In this document: piece by piece, positions 38,782 to 51,320 of the stretch | Numbering within the stretch: position 1 is the first letter of the stretch | How the letters are laid out: the number at the start of each line of letters is the position of its first letter | Origin: Octopus vulgaris | Taxonomy: Eukaryota | Direction: 5' to 3' | Length of the DNA: 64,000 nucleotides | Assembly: GCA_951406725.2 (NCBI GenBank) | Contig: OX597826.1 | Coordinates: 50,592,001-50,656,000 of the forward strand | The notes under the pieces: model-generated | Database searches by the model: none | What the model was told of the DNA's origin: nothing | The model's input: the letters and a program-made list of their open reading frames with translations, nothing else | Position numbers and translations under genes: made by a program

Positions 38782-39365
38782 CTAGAATTCTTTAATTTGC
38801 TTTTAACTATTTTTTCATGATAATGGTTCACTATTGTTGCCTCTGCTATTACTGCAGCAGTAGTTATTCAAGGTTTTAAACCATTAACCATTCTGTTACT
38901 TACCTGCCTAAGACTGCCCTTTGTGCTATGATAAGGAAGGAATTACAATCGTGTTTCGTGGTCTGCTACCACAACAGCTCCTTTATAGGATCCAGTTAGC
39001 TCAAAACATCATCAGGAGGAACCATGTCTGGTTTCGGCCCCTACTCCTCTACCATTTTGACGTGGCGGGGCCCCCACTAGAATTCTTTAATTTGCTTTTA
39101 ACTATTTTTTTCATGTGAATGGTTCACTATTGTTGCCTCTGCTATTACTGCAGCAGTAGTTATCCAAGGTTTTAAACCATTAACCATTCTGTTACTTACC
39201 TGCCTAAGACTGCCCTTTGTGCTATGATAAGGAAGGAATTACAACCGTGTTTCATGGTCTGCTACCACAACAGCTCCTTTATAGGATCCAGTTAGCTCAA
39301 GACATCATCAGGAGGAACCACATCCGGTTTCGGCCCCCACTCCTTTACCGTTTTGACGTGACAGG
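38782..39365. repeat. Tandem duplication, 2 x 296 bp
   Basis: ctagaattctttaatttgc starts at 38782 and 39078; twin ORFs at 38921 and 39217. Confidence 0.92.
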
Positions 39366-39501
39366 GTCTTCAGCTTTGGTGTTGGGTGCATGTCTTTTTT
39401 CTTCTTCTTTCTTCTGTTCCCTGGCTGGATAAAATAAAAAGTGGGGGGGGCAGAAGGAAGAAGAAGAAAGAAGACATGCACCCAACACCAGAGCTGAAGA
39501 C
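39366..39501. repeat. Inverted repeat, 51-bp arms, 34-nt loop
   Basis: gtcttcagctttggtgttgggtgcatgtctt...cttctg (39366-39416) versus cagaag...aagacatgcacccaacaccagagctgaagac (39451-39501). Confidence 0.9.
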
Positions 39502-39514
39502 ACCTCCGAAAGGT

Positions 39515-39725
39515 GTTCTGTTACTTACCTGCCTAAGACTGCCCTTTGTGCTATGATAAAACTTTTTGATGTAAAGTGATCCAAATTAAAAGCTCCCTTC
39601 AAAATTCTATGTTAATTTATGTTCCAGACAAAGTTACTTCACTAAATTCTTCATTATTTTCAAAATTAATTGAAACAAAAAGACAAGTGTATTTCAGCAT
39701 AAATGTGGTAACAAAAGGTTTTAAA
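39515..39725. mobile_element. Second piggyBac-like MITE family (related fragment at 4090-4240)
   Basis: Shared aattaaaagct.cc.tcaaa.tt..atgttaatttatgt core; right end gtaacaaaaggttttaa matches left end ttaaccattctgttac at 38885/39180. Confidence 0.55.
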
Positions 39726-40199
39726 AAACGGGAGATTTAACATGTGAGAGGTAGGACCATCTTAATGGCATTATCAATCTCCAGGCAAAGCAATGCACTG
39801 TTCCTTAAATACACCACCATAACATGAGACCTTAAACTAATGAGAATACTGGGCAACTGACCAGAGGTCCGCCATAACTTAGGACAGCACTGCTGAGAAG
39901 AATTGGGAGGTCATGCTGTTTATAAGATATCATCAATGAAGGATACACAACGTTGATTTCTTGTCATTTACTCTTGGTTTATTCAAGGAATTTGATTTCA
40001 CCACTATCAGTATTGTGGGCAGTGGTGTTGGTGCATTTTTTTGACCAATAAAAATTGTTTTAACAACTTCATGTAATTCTCTTTCTTTCTCTCTTCAACT
40101 GCTTTTTTTGTCTTTCTTTCCTTTCTTTTTTGATTCCTTTGAATTTTCTCTTCATTTCTTCTGCTAATAATTACATTCCTGTTCTTGTTCTGCTTTCAG

Positions 40200-41261
40200 C
40201 CACTGATATTCCCGGTCCACCACAGCCACCAATGCGTGTAGACTCACATCGATCACAGACATCAAACACATTAACATCTCAACCTAGGTATCAAGCCGGA
40301 CCAAATTTACCATCTAACAACCAGGACTCCCCGTATCTTTTTATATCACAATGTCACTCAGGACAGACATCAAAGACATCAAGTGAGCGGCACCGTTCCA
40401 GTGTGGATAGTATACCCGATGAACTGGCTCCCCCACCACCTCCAGCAAAACACAATAACTACATGTCAGGGGAATCTATCACTGATGCGCACTATGATCA
40501 TCCACGGTCATGTGATTCTTTTGTGGAAGATGATGGTGTCTACAAAACCCCTCCAAGTCGAAACATGACATGGAGCAATGGGGAGGCTTCAATGATGTAT
40601 GATGTGCCTCTCGCTACTCGGAATGGATTTTCCCGGGAGAGATTTTCCTCTGAAAGATCTTCTTCAGATATGAAGGATGTTTTTTATGATGTCCCCCCGA
40701 GAAAGTCAGACCCGAGTGTGTGCTATGACACCCCTCCCTTAAGAACATCGAGCCTAGACCCTAAGGTGCCAGCACGGCCACAAAGGCACATGTCCAATTC
40801 AGAAGCTTATCAGAATATACCGTATAACAGCAAATGCTATTACAACACATCTTACGGTTCTTCGTCTGTAAACCTTCGTGGGCAACCCCCAAGACCTGCT
40901 CCCCGTGGTCACAGCAAAAGCTATTCTCTCAAGACCTCGAGTCTCGATGGAGAAAATCTTAATTTGAACTTATGCCCGCCCCCTCCATGTGGTTCTCGAG
41001 ACAACCAGCCTTCACATGGCTACGTAAATGCTCCTGCATTAGGTTCAAATTCTGTGAGTCCAGACAACCCAGATGACCTCTATGTACCAATGGAAGGACC
41101 CACCCAAGACACAACTCGTGGTAGATTAAGCGCTGATCAAAGCTTTGTTGATGCCAAACCTTATAACTGTGTTGCAATGAATGAGGCTGTTTACACTGAT
41201 ATGTCTAAACCTGGTCCGTGTGCAGGAAAAGAGGCAATATGGCCAAATCAGAATCAAGCAG
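40200..41261 (+). CDS. GAB1: Large internal exon of the Gab/Dos gene: disordered docking region with SH2/SH3 ligand motifs
   Basis: Long polypyrimidine tract, tgctttcag|CCACT acceptor and GCAG|gtaagt donor. 1062 nt open, phase 1-1, in frame with the PH exon (..EENP-TDIPGPP..). Encodes YLFISQCHSG (Gab post-PH motif), YDHP, YKTP, YDVP x2, YDTP, YQNIP, YVNAP, YVPM, YTDM and proline-rich stretches. Confidence 0.92.
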
Positions 41262-41669
41262 GTAAGTTATTCTGTTTTTATCATCACTAACATACAGAGT
41301 AGATGTGGGTATATTTTAGTCTTGGCAGACAATGCCCCTAGTGCCAATAGTACAATACAAAGCACCCCAGTCTGTGGTGTAAAGCGATTGGCAATAGAAT
41401 GAAGATCCAGCCATAAAAAAAAAAACCATAACCTTGCTCCAAGAAATTAAAATAAAGTAAAAAATAAAACCCCCAAAATTATAAATCACAAAAAAATGAA
41501 CAGATGTATGTGCAGGCATGGCTGTGTGGTAAGAGGCTTGCTTCTCAACCACATGGTTCTAGGTTCAGTCCCACTGCATGGCACTTTGGGCAAGTGCCTT
41601 CTACTATAGTCTCAAGCTAACCAAAGCCTTGTGAGTGGATTTGGCAGATGGCAACTAAAAGAAGCCTGT

Positions 41670-41718
<49 letters not shown>

Positions 41719-42542
41719 ATTGATTTCCTTCAACAACCTTAGCTTCAAAGACACTTCTGTTGGTTTGGTCATGCACTTTGTTGCCCATGGATTAAATCCA
41801 TTTGTGGTACAGTCACACCAGAACCCCAAGGATGGCGCAAATGGTGAGACAGAGCTAGCTGTAAACTTGGATTAATATAATCTGGCTCCTTAGGGTTCAT
41901 ATAAGGTTTTTGTGCCCCTGAAAAAGTTTTACTTTAGATGTATGTATTGGTATGTATCACAAGAAACAACTAGGTTTCTTTCTCTAACATTTTACATCTT
42001 CTTAACAACACAGTCCTGCTTGCACTTATTGTATGGTAAAATTGGAAAGAGATTTATTTAGTTGCTAATATTGGCAAGTCAAGCAATCACATACCAACTT
42101 CTTTATTGGATTGCTTTGATATATGGGAACATTGAGAGAAGACATGGCCAAACTATCAAACTTTACTGCATACAATACTTGTATAAACATATTGTATTAA
42201 CATGAGATTAGCTGTTTGTGGTATTTGATTCAAGCAGAATATGGAAATAGATTTAATTTGATAATTTTGATATCATCTGGAAATACAAAAGTTAAGGTGT
42301 GTTAGCTTTTGTTTTGTACGCCTAACTGCAGAAAGTTGCTGTTACTATTGTGTGACCTAAGCCTAAGTACATGACACACAGCATGCATCAGTTTGTTTCA
42401 TTCATTATCAAAGCAGTTTTGACTTCCCACTTTCTAACAGGAAGGGCATCTGGCAATGACAACCCGGTTGGTGGGTTTTAATTCTGTAGTGAGTTTAACT
42501 ATATACACATGACTTGTCCTTTTTATACATAGAAACGGTCCT

Positions 42543-42604
<62 letters not shown>

Positions 42605-42738
42605 AGAGAGAGAAGAAAGAAACACAGATATATAAATATATATATATACAGGGTATATATTTGATCCATTCACATAAGGTATGGATTTCCCAATTACTTT
42701 CCATTTTATCACATGCAGTGTTTCACGGATCAGTACAT

Positions 42739-42770
<32 letters not shown>

Positions 42771-43534
42771 CATACATACACACACATATATGATAATGAT
42801 ATATGTATGTACATATTTATATGATATGTGTCTGTGTTTGCCCTCAGCCATCGCTTGACAGTTGATGTTGGTGTGTTTATGTCCTTGTTCAGTGAAAGAG
42901 ACCAATAGAATAGGTACTAGGGTTAGGAAGAATAAGTTCTGGAGTCAATCTCCAGCACGGTCACAGTTAAATGACTGAAACAAGTAAAAGAAGAAAAGAA
43001 TATATATACTGTGGTTGATGTTAGAAAGGGCGTCTGGGTGTAGAACCCACACCAAACTGAAATAATAGAGCGTGACATGGTCCTTTGATTTTTGGGATCC
43101 TGTTGATTTTGAAGATAGAAAGTGGACATAAAATACTCGTGATTGCACACACCCACAAACATGATATAATATTATTTAGATCTTAGGTTTGTATTAAATT
43201 ATCTCATTTGTTCCCCCTTTATTGTATTTTTTTCTTCTTTTTCTCTCATTTTCTTTTCTTCTTCAATTTGAAAAACCTTCTCTGACTCATGTTTCATTTG
43301 TGAGAAGACATTTACGTATAAAGGAACAGTCTTTCTCTCTCTCTCTACCCAGACAGTATCACTTGTCATGTAAGAGTCATTTACAAAGCAGCTTGTCTAA
43401 TCCATAAATATTGTGTGTGTGTGTGTGAGTAAGAGAGAGAGAGTGTGTGTGTGTGTGGTAGTGGGGGTGGGGTATCATTAGTATAGCATGATATGGAGTG
43501 TAGACTATGACTGCTAGAGAAACAGGAGTGGGAC

Positions 43535-43915
43535 ATGGTGGTGGTGGTGGTGGTGGTGGTGGTGGTGGTGGTGACAAAGTGAATGAAATGTCATCAGATG
43601 ATGACAAGACAGAGACTGGGATGACAGAACAGCAGCATATCAACACTTCCTGTTGTATGTCAAGGTTTAGAGAGAGTAAATTGATTGGGAAATGAAGAGG
43701 GAGATGGGGGATGGTTGAGGAGGTGATGATGATGATGGTGGTGGTGGTGGTGGTGGTGGTGGTGGCTGCAGTGATGGTGATGATGGTTGTTGTGATTGTT
43801 GAAATAATCATAGTGCTTATGGTGGTGGGGGTAGTTGTGGCTGCCATAGTGGTAGTGTTGATGATGTTGGTTGTGTCTACAGTGATGACACTAATGATGA
43901 TGATGATGATGATTA
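43535..43915. repeat. (GGT)n/(GAT)n trinucleotide-rich low-complexity tract
   Basis: Directly visible. Confidence 0.9.
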
Positions 43916-44299
43916 TAAGAATGGTAATGACAGTAACTCCTCCCCTCCCTCATTCACACCTTATCTGTAATTCTGATGAATAAATTTATCAAAGAGGAAA
44001 CATTGGAATGTTGTAACTGTCATAGTCGCTGTTTGAAGGCCAGGCTTGAATGCTTGCAACAGTGTGGGCTCACTAGAACTCCTGGGTCCAGGTCTGGTGT
44101 TAAACAAGGAAAAAAGTAATTTAGTTTACCACCTCAAGAATAGGTACAGTTTATCCCTAGGAGCCCCTCACAGTTTTTTGCCAACCCAGTTTCAATCACA
44201 AAGTATATATCTGAGGTGATGGTAGATGATACTTGGGCCTCCTGGTGTCATGCACTGGTATGAGACATGGGATTGTAAAGTGAACTTTACTCTATGATT

Positions 44300-45490
44300 C
44301 TTCTAGAATTGGATAAATCTCCTTGTTGAGCCTCCCTGCTAATGTCTGTGCTAGGTGTTTGTAGAAGAGATATAGGAAAATTGTTGAGCCCAAACTTGCT
44401 GAAGAACAGTGTGGCTTCTGTCTTGCATGCAGCTCAACAGACTGTATGGTAGGTCTTTGAGAAATCGTGGGAATATTGTCAAGAGGTGTACCCTTGCTTT
44501 GTAGACCTCATGAAGGCAAGTAAGTGTATGCCGGTGAGACTTACTGTGGAGAGTTTTGCAGGAGTTTAAGATTAATGGGCAACTACTGGTTATTGTAAAG
44601 CCCAGATGTTTGGGTAAATGGATCTAAGTTGAAACCTTTCAAATTGGGTGCTGGTCTTTGCTGAGAATATGTATTGTCAACTCTCTTTTTTATAATTTTT
44701 ATGTGCAGCTGTTGTGGAAGTAGAAGTTGTGTTACAATCTGTAGGTGTAGGATCAGTTGGGTGATATTTGTAGATGACCTAGTGTTACTTGGCTCCTCAG
44801 AAGATGATCTCCAGCAAGCACTGAATGGGTTCATTGCTGAGTGCTGAAGGCTGTTATGAAAAATAAGTGTTGTTGCGACTGAGACACTGTTCCTCTCAAG
44901 AAAGTGTTCCCAGTGCACTCTGCGTACTAGTGGAACATCATTCAGATAAGTGTGAAGGTTTAAGTGTCGTGGGCCCATATTCATATGTGATGGGAAGCAG
45001 GTGTTGAATTAGGTGTTAGAATTGCAGGTGCTGGCACAGTAAAGTACTAGCTTCAGCATTCAATCCTCAAAAAGAGGACAGGTTGGTCAAAAAGTCAAAC
45101 TTGCTATCTTCATTTTGCATTATATTCCTCATCTTTCCTTTGGTCATGAATGTTGGATAATGACTGAAAGAGTACAGTCACAGATACAAGCGGCTGAAAT
45201 GGGATTCCTCTGGAAGGTCTCTGGTTTAATGTTACTTGGCAGCATGCACAGCTTGGCGATTAGAGAGCCTCTCTCCAGGTTGAGCTGCTACTTCTCAGTA
45301 TTGAGAGCACAAATGATTAGAATTTTGCAGGAAAGAATTGCAAAGAGATTCTTCAAGTTGAACCAACCAGACAGAGACTTAGGGGAAGGCCAAGAGCAAG
45401 ATGGTTAGAACCCTATGGAGAAGGTTCCTGAAGACCTCTACACCAACAATCCTCGTAGAAATAGAGCAGAGAAGGTGGATGGATGAATGG
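44300..45490 (+). pseudogene. Decayed RTE-clade LINE reverse transcriptase (Rex3/Expander-like)
   Basis: ISLLSLP..V..RCL..R.RKIVEPKLAEEQCGF near 44318-44420, FVDDLVL near 44767, and YIPHLSFGHECWIMTERVQSQIQAAEMGFLWKVSG at 45121. Many stops and frameshifts. Confidence 0.85.
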
Positions 45491-46626
45491 ATTAATAATA
45501 AGAATAATAATAGGTTGTGTTATTAAGAAGGTATCCAGCTATTGAAAATTAGCCTCAATGAATTCTGTCTGATCTATGCAAGCAGGAATGATGATGTTCA
45601 TTTGGAAGAAGCTGAGATCATAGCTGTGTAAGCCCATTGAGATAAACGCAATTGTTTCTCTTGCATAGATACTAAAAAAAAAAACATATGCAAGGGAAGA
45701 GTTCCAGAGGGCTAACATTCTAGGAAGAAGGACTGCCCATGTGGTTAGTATAATTCTTAAGGAAAGGAGTGGCAATATGGCTGATGAGAGAAGAGATGAG
45801 GGGGAGAAGGGAGTGTATGCGTAGGGTTGACCTAAGACTAGCTAGCTCAGATAAGCAAAGACCATTGTCGTAGTGGTAGAAAGGTCAGGATGAGGAGATA
45901 CAGTACATCTGTGGGTCAGTGGTTGGAGTGTGTTGGTGACTAACTTTATATTGACCAGTCAGGTGGCTTTTCTTTAGATGCCACCTGGGATAGATGCAGC
46001 TGTGGGTTTCTGAATCAGGTGAAGAATTTTCTGATCCTCAAGGGGAACTGCAGTCGTTACTAAGGTTTTTGTTTTGCACGCAGCAAATCTACAGATATTT
46101 GGTAACCATGAACTGCTGTAGAATTTTTTTTTTTAAGAGAAGGTACAGCAGTAGTTCTCTTAAATTTTGCTAGTTTATTTATTGCTTATTGTGCTAGTTA
46201 CCTGCTTTTCTAAACTTATCCTTGAGGTACAAGGCCTATTGAATCCTTAATCAGAAGGATTGATTCCCATGACATCAGAGCATGTTCACACACCAGTAGG
46301 CCTTTGTGACACATGTCTAGGAACCATCCCTCCTCAAGTCTTGAATGCATTAGCTATAAGACCACCTTCTGTTCTTTGACCCCCTGAGTATGGCCGTCAA
46401 CAGGTACCTAGTGATGGTGTGGCCTAATGTTTGTAGTGATCTTCATGGTTATTGTTGCGGAATATTTGTGTTTAGGGAGATAGGTGTGATATATTTTTCT
46501 TGATTGTGTCTTTTAATGTTGAAGGAGATAAGGTTAGCGTGTCACCCCATTTTCTCAGTTCAGGATCTTCTAATTTAAGTGTGAGGTAGAGAGGCTGCAT
46601 GTGGTTGATACGTGTGTGTGAAGTGT

Positions 46627-46982
46627 ATTCTTTTATTCTTTTCCTTGTTTCAGTAATTTCACTGTGGCCATGCTAGAGCACCATCTTTGATCTCAGGACT
46701 TATCCTGACATTTTCTTTTGCCTAACCACTAAGTTATGGGGACATAAAGACGCCAACACCGGTTGTCAAGCGATGGTGATGGGGAGAAACACAGACATGC
46801 TAATACATACATACATATGTGATGGGCTTTTTTCAGTTTCCGTCTACCAAATCCACTCAAGGCTTTGGTCAGCCTGAGGCTATAGTAGAAGACACTTACC
46901 CAAGGTGCCTTATAGTGGGACTGAACCCAGAACCATGTGGTTTGGAAGCAAGCTTCTTACCACACAACCACAGCTGCACCTG
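46627..46982 (-). mobile_element. SINE family A copy
   Basis: Reverse complement of the family A consensus. Confidence 0.82.
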
Positions 46983-47004
46983 TATGTATAGTTTGTATTG
47001 GCTA

Positions 47005-47265
47005 GTGCTTGTATGTGGCCTATATGCACAGGCAGCAGGTGGTTGGTGCTTGTGTGTAGCTTGTATGTATAGGTTGCAGGTGGTTGGTGCTGTGCTTGTG
47101 ATTGGTTTGTATGTATAGGCTACAGGTGGTTGGTGCTTGTGTGTGACCTCTATGTATAGACTGCAGGTGGTTGATGCTTGTGTGCGGCCTCTATGTATAG
47201 GCTGCAAATGGCTGGTGCTTGTGTGTTGCCCGTATGTGTAGGCTTCAGGTGGTTGATGCTTGCAT
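47005..47265. repeat. Minisatellite, ~41-bp unit, ~6 copies
   Basis: Unit approximately gtgcttgtgtgtggcctgtatgtataggctgcaggtggttg. Confidence 0.88.
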
Positions 47266-48685
47266 ATGGAAGTTTAAGGAGAAATGTAATGTATCATCTA
47301 CATAGGACCAGATGTTGTTGAAGGGGTCATCAAGTGGGCTGTTACAATATAGAATAAAATGTGGGTGACACAACCAAGCATTAGAGTACCTTAGAATTGG
47401 AGTACCCCAATGGGTCATGATGATATCTCACATTCTGATGTAAACATTTGCCTGTTCAAAACCCTCTCTGTGCACCCACAGGGTTTATGCCTTTAGGCTT
47501 TGCTGAATGTTATTAATTTGTGACACTAATTTACATAAAATATGTCCAAGTTCATCTTTTGTCCATTTAATTTCCTTTTAATCATAATTAACCTAAGACA
47601 TTTCAGGTAAAAGTCAGACTGAAATTCTTTTAGGATCTTTATGGTTCCTGCCACAGATTTTGTATTTTTTTTTCTCTTCAATTTTCTTCTGATTGTTTTA
47701 AAATTTGGTTATACCTATTTAGTTTGTAAGCTAATTCATCATCATCATCGTTTAACGTCCGTTTTCTGCGCTAGCAAGGATTGGATGGTTTGACCGGGGT
47801 CTGGGAAGCCAAGGGCTGCACCAGGCTCCAGTCTGATCTGGCAGTGTTTCTACAGCTGGATGCCCTTCCTAACGCCAACCACTCCTAATTATTGTTCTAA
47901 TTAGGAAATTATATTAATTTTTTCCCATAAATTATCAAATAAAATGTTAGTAACTTTTAAAGTTTTCAAATATTGGATAATTTTAGCCACTCAAAATCCC
48001 CCACTGTACATACACATCACCATAAGTTTCACATTGGTGTCTGTCTCTATAGTGACAAGCAAAGCTGTAGTCTGCTCTGTTTTCATTGTAACCAGAATGT
48101 TGTATATGCATCACTGTAACACTTTCATCATTGCAACCATCACTATAAATTTTGATGAGAATTGCTTTGTGTTTGACAACAATCATGCAGAAAATGCCGG
48201 TTTCTGATTTGTTTTCTGATTGGCTAAAAATGATCAAACTTTGAATCTCTGTAGTAGTTTATCTAAATTCCATTTTTTTTTCTTTCTGAAGTAAATAAAT
48301 TTCAGATTCAGCATGAAAAACTTACATCAGTATACTAAATTTGAAAATTTTCATTTAATTTTAAAATTTCAAATCTGTGATAGCAACAGAAAAAAGATCT
48401 TCCTTTCACTTCAGTAACTATCTACTGTTGCTATCAACAACAAGGTCTCTGTTAATGGTGTTTTTTTTTATTGTTCTAAATTTAAACAAAGCTATAAAGG
48501 GTTTATCATTTCCCAGTAAAACATTTTCTCAGAATAACCCTCAACAGAATGAGGATCTCAAATTTGTTAGTTTGTCCTTGAGGCACATTTCATTGTCTGT
48601 TTTCTGAGTTTTTTTTTTAAATATTTTTTTATTTTGTTTGGTTTTGGTTTTTCTTCTTTCATTTCCTAATCTTATATCTGTAGAC

Positions 48686-49059
48686 CAGTGATTCTCAACC
48701 ATGGTCCATATGAACCCTGAGGGTCCATATAAGGTTTTTGGGGGTCCATGCAAGTAAAATAGTCAATTAGAGATCCATGGTTGTATTTTAAGTTGTATTT
48801 TTACTTTAGATTGATTTATTGCAAGAAGCAGTTCAGTTTCTTTCTCCAATGTTTTACATAATTCAACATGTTTCCAGCCACTAAAACATATTCACATGAC
48901 CATAACCTACACAAATGAATGGATGAAGAACAAAATAAGTATTTTGAAAGAAGCATCTATAAAACTAGATTTTAAACATCAAATGACTATGGGGGTCCAC
49001 CAAAATAAAATAGTAATCAAAGGGGTCCATAGATAAAAAGAAATGGTTGAGAACTACTG
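48686..49059. mobile_element. hAT (Charlie-like) MITE with perfect 8-bp TSD
   Basis: TSD ctgtagac at 48678-48685 and 49060-49067; TIR cagtgattctcaaccat / atggttgagaactactg. Related internal fragment at 41885-42010. Confidence 0.9.
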
Positions 49060-49085
49060 CTGTAGACAAAAAAACCTTAATTGTT

Positions 49086-49782
49086 CATCATCATCATCAT
49101 CGTTTAATGTCTGCTTTCCATGCTGGCATGGGTTGGACGATTTGATTGAGGACTGGCGAGCCAGATGGCTGCATGAGACTCCAATCTGATCTGGCAGAGT
49201 TTCTACAGCTGGATGCTCTTCCTAATGAACGCCAACCACTCCGAGAGTGTAGTGGGTGCTTTTACATGCCACCGGCGTGAGGGCCAGTTAGGCGGTACTG
49301 GCAACAGCCATGCTCAAATGGTATTTTTTACATGCCACTTGCACAGGAGCCAGTCCAGCGGCACTGGCAATGACCTCGCTTGAATATTTTTTTATCGTAC
49401 CACTGGCACAAGTGCCAGTAAGGCGACACTGGTAACGATCATGCTCAAATGGTGCTTTTTATGTGCCACTGGCATAGGAGCCAGTCAGCTCCCTGGCAAC
49501 GATCACACTCAGATGGTACTCTTAGCACTCCACTAGCACGGATGCCAGTCATCGATTTCACTTGTCTTAAGAGGTCTTTGCAAGCAGAGTTTAGTGTCTA
49601 ACGAAGGAAAGGTATGCATAAGTGGGCTGGTTACGTCTCTGGCATAGGCCACAGGTTATGGTCTCACTTGGCTTGCCGGCTCCTCTCAAGCACAACATAT
49701 TTCCAAAGGTCTCAGTCACTAGTCATTGCCTCAGTGAGGCCTACTGTTTGAAGGTTGTGCTTCACCACCTCATCCCAGGTCT
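49086..49782 (-). mobile_element. Family D long copy: RTE LINE ORF C-terminus plus tandemly repetitive 3' UTR
   Basis: Minus strand from 49782 encodes TWDEVVKHNLQTVGLTEAMTSD*DLWKYVV (RTE C-terminus pattern), then repeat units and the aggaag.gcatccagctgtagaaac tail. Shorter copies at 36425-36666, 47737-47886 and 50152-50420. Confidence 0.8.
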
Positions 49783-49915
49783 TCTCTCTCTCTATACACA
49801 CATGGGTGGATTTGGTGGATGAAAACTGAAAAAAGCCAGTTGTGTGAATATATATCATCATCGTCATCAAATGCCCATTTTCCATGCTGGCATAGGTTGG
49901 ATGGCTTGACAGAAA

Positions 49916-50032
49916 CTGAAGAAGGCTGGAGGGTATATCCGCCGAAACGTGTTAACAACAAACAAGATGAGGACAAATATCCATCGAATGTAAATAATGT
50001 ACATAATTCCTCATCTCTTAAATATAGAACTA
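49916..50032 (+). mobile_element. Penelope-like terminal fragment beginning with a hammerhead core
   Basis: CTGAAGA-A-GGC-(14 nt)-GCC-GAAAC-GT-GTT-AACAAC; the 5' strand of stem I is missing (truncated). Confidence 0.55.
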
Positions 50033-50442
50033 TATCTTCTAAGAACTCTCCTATAAACTTCTGAGACTCAATAGATACTCTGTTACCTCACCACATATAA
50101 ACTATGCCTAAATTCCATAGATACTCACAGTTACCCCGTCATATATATATCGTTCATCATCGTTTAACGTCCGCTTTCCATGCTAGCATGGGTTGTACGA
50201 TTTTGACTGAGGGCTGGCGAACCAAATGGCTGCACCAGGCTCCAATCTTGATTTGGCAGAGTTTCTACAGCTGGATGCCCTTCCTAATGCCAACCACTCC
50301 GAGAGTGTAGTGGGTGCTTTTTATGTGCCACCGGCAGGGGGGGGGGCAGTTAGGCAGCACTGGCAATGACCTCGCTCGAACCTTCTTACACATGCCACCA
50401 GCACAGGTGCCAGTAAGGCGTGTATCTTAAATTCTCTTTCAA

Positions 50443-50647
50443 CCGTTTAGCATTCAAACTGGCCATATCGAGCCCAAATATTCTACCTGTTTTATTATGT
50501 TCAAACTAGCCAGGTCTGGCCTCTCATGCCTACTCTACAATGTCATCCTAACTATAAACAATCATATTGTAATCTCCAAACTACAAGATAACGGCAATGT
50601 GAATAAATAAGCATTACATTTAACAGAATAATCTGAATGCTAAAGGG
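50443..50647. mobile_element. piggyBac-like MITE
   Basis: ccgtttagcattca ... tgaatgctaaaggg|ttaa. Confidence 0.82.
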
Positions 50648-51259
50648 TTAAGCTATTAAGGTCCCCCGTAGATCCCCTGTTTCCTCACCACATATAAACT
50701 GTGGCTCCGTAACCAAATTGTTTTTGAATACATAGTTTTGTTTCATTTTATTTTTCATTTTATTTACACTGACTTTTCTATGGTTTTTTTTTTTTTTTTT
50801 GCTGAGAATCCAAACCCCACCCCTAATCCTTCCTACTTCATTCTAATGCCTGTGCCACAAGCAATGTAAGAGCTAAATGTGTGTGTGTGTGTGAAATGGT
50901 GTTAACTATCATACTCAGAAACCAAATTGAAACGACTAAAATCAATTACTCTGACATTTGGCTCAGTCTTGCGCTGATTTCTTTTCCCACACTAAGCTCA
51001 CTTGCACCCCACCCGCCCCTGCCTTCACTTTCCCATCCACCCCGTGCTTACCCTTCCTCCCACACCACCTTCAGGTTGCATTACATTCTCCCCTCCCCCC
51101 ACACCACCACTGAATATCTGTTCCTCATGTCTGGCAGTGGTGGTGTCTGTTCTTTCTATGGTAATTCCCAAGTTTCCTCCTGTCCTCTCTAAATGCCCTC
51201 CCCATCACCCAAAGCCTAAACTCTCTAAATGTTATACTCAGAGGAATTACTGGTTTCTA

Positions 51260-51320
<61 letters not shown>

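Noticed and set aside
38921-39432. Duplicated small gene pair (MCYDKEGIT...)
   Set aside because: TTG-start ORFs produced by a non-coding 296-bp tandem duplication.
40130-40199. ORF-track start of the 386-aa ORF
   Set aside because: This is the intron polypyrimidine tract; the exon starts at 40200 and ends at the donor after 41261.
43377-43983. Thr/Pro- and Val/Met-rich ORFs
   Set aside because: Products of (GGT)n/(GAT)n repeats.
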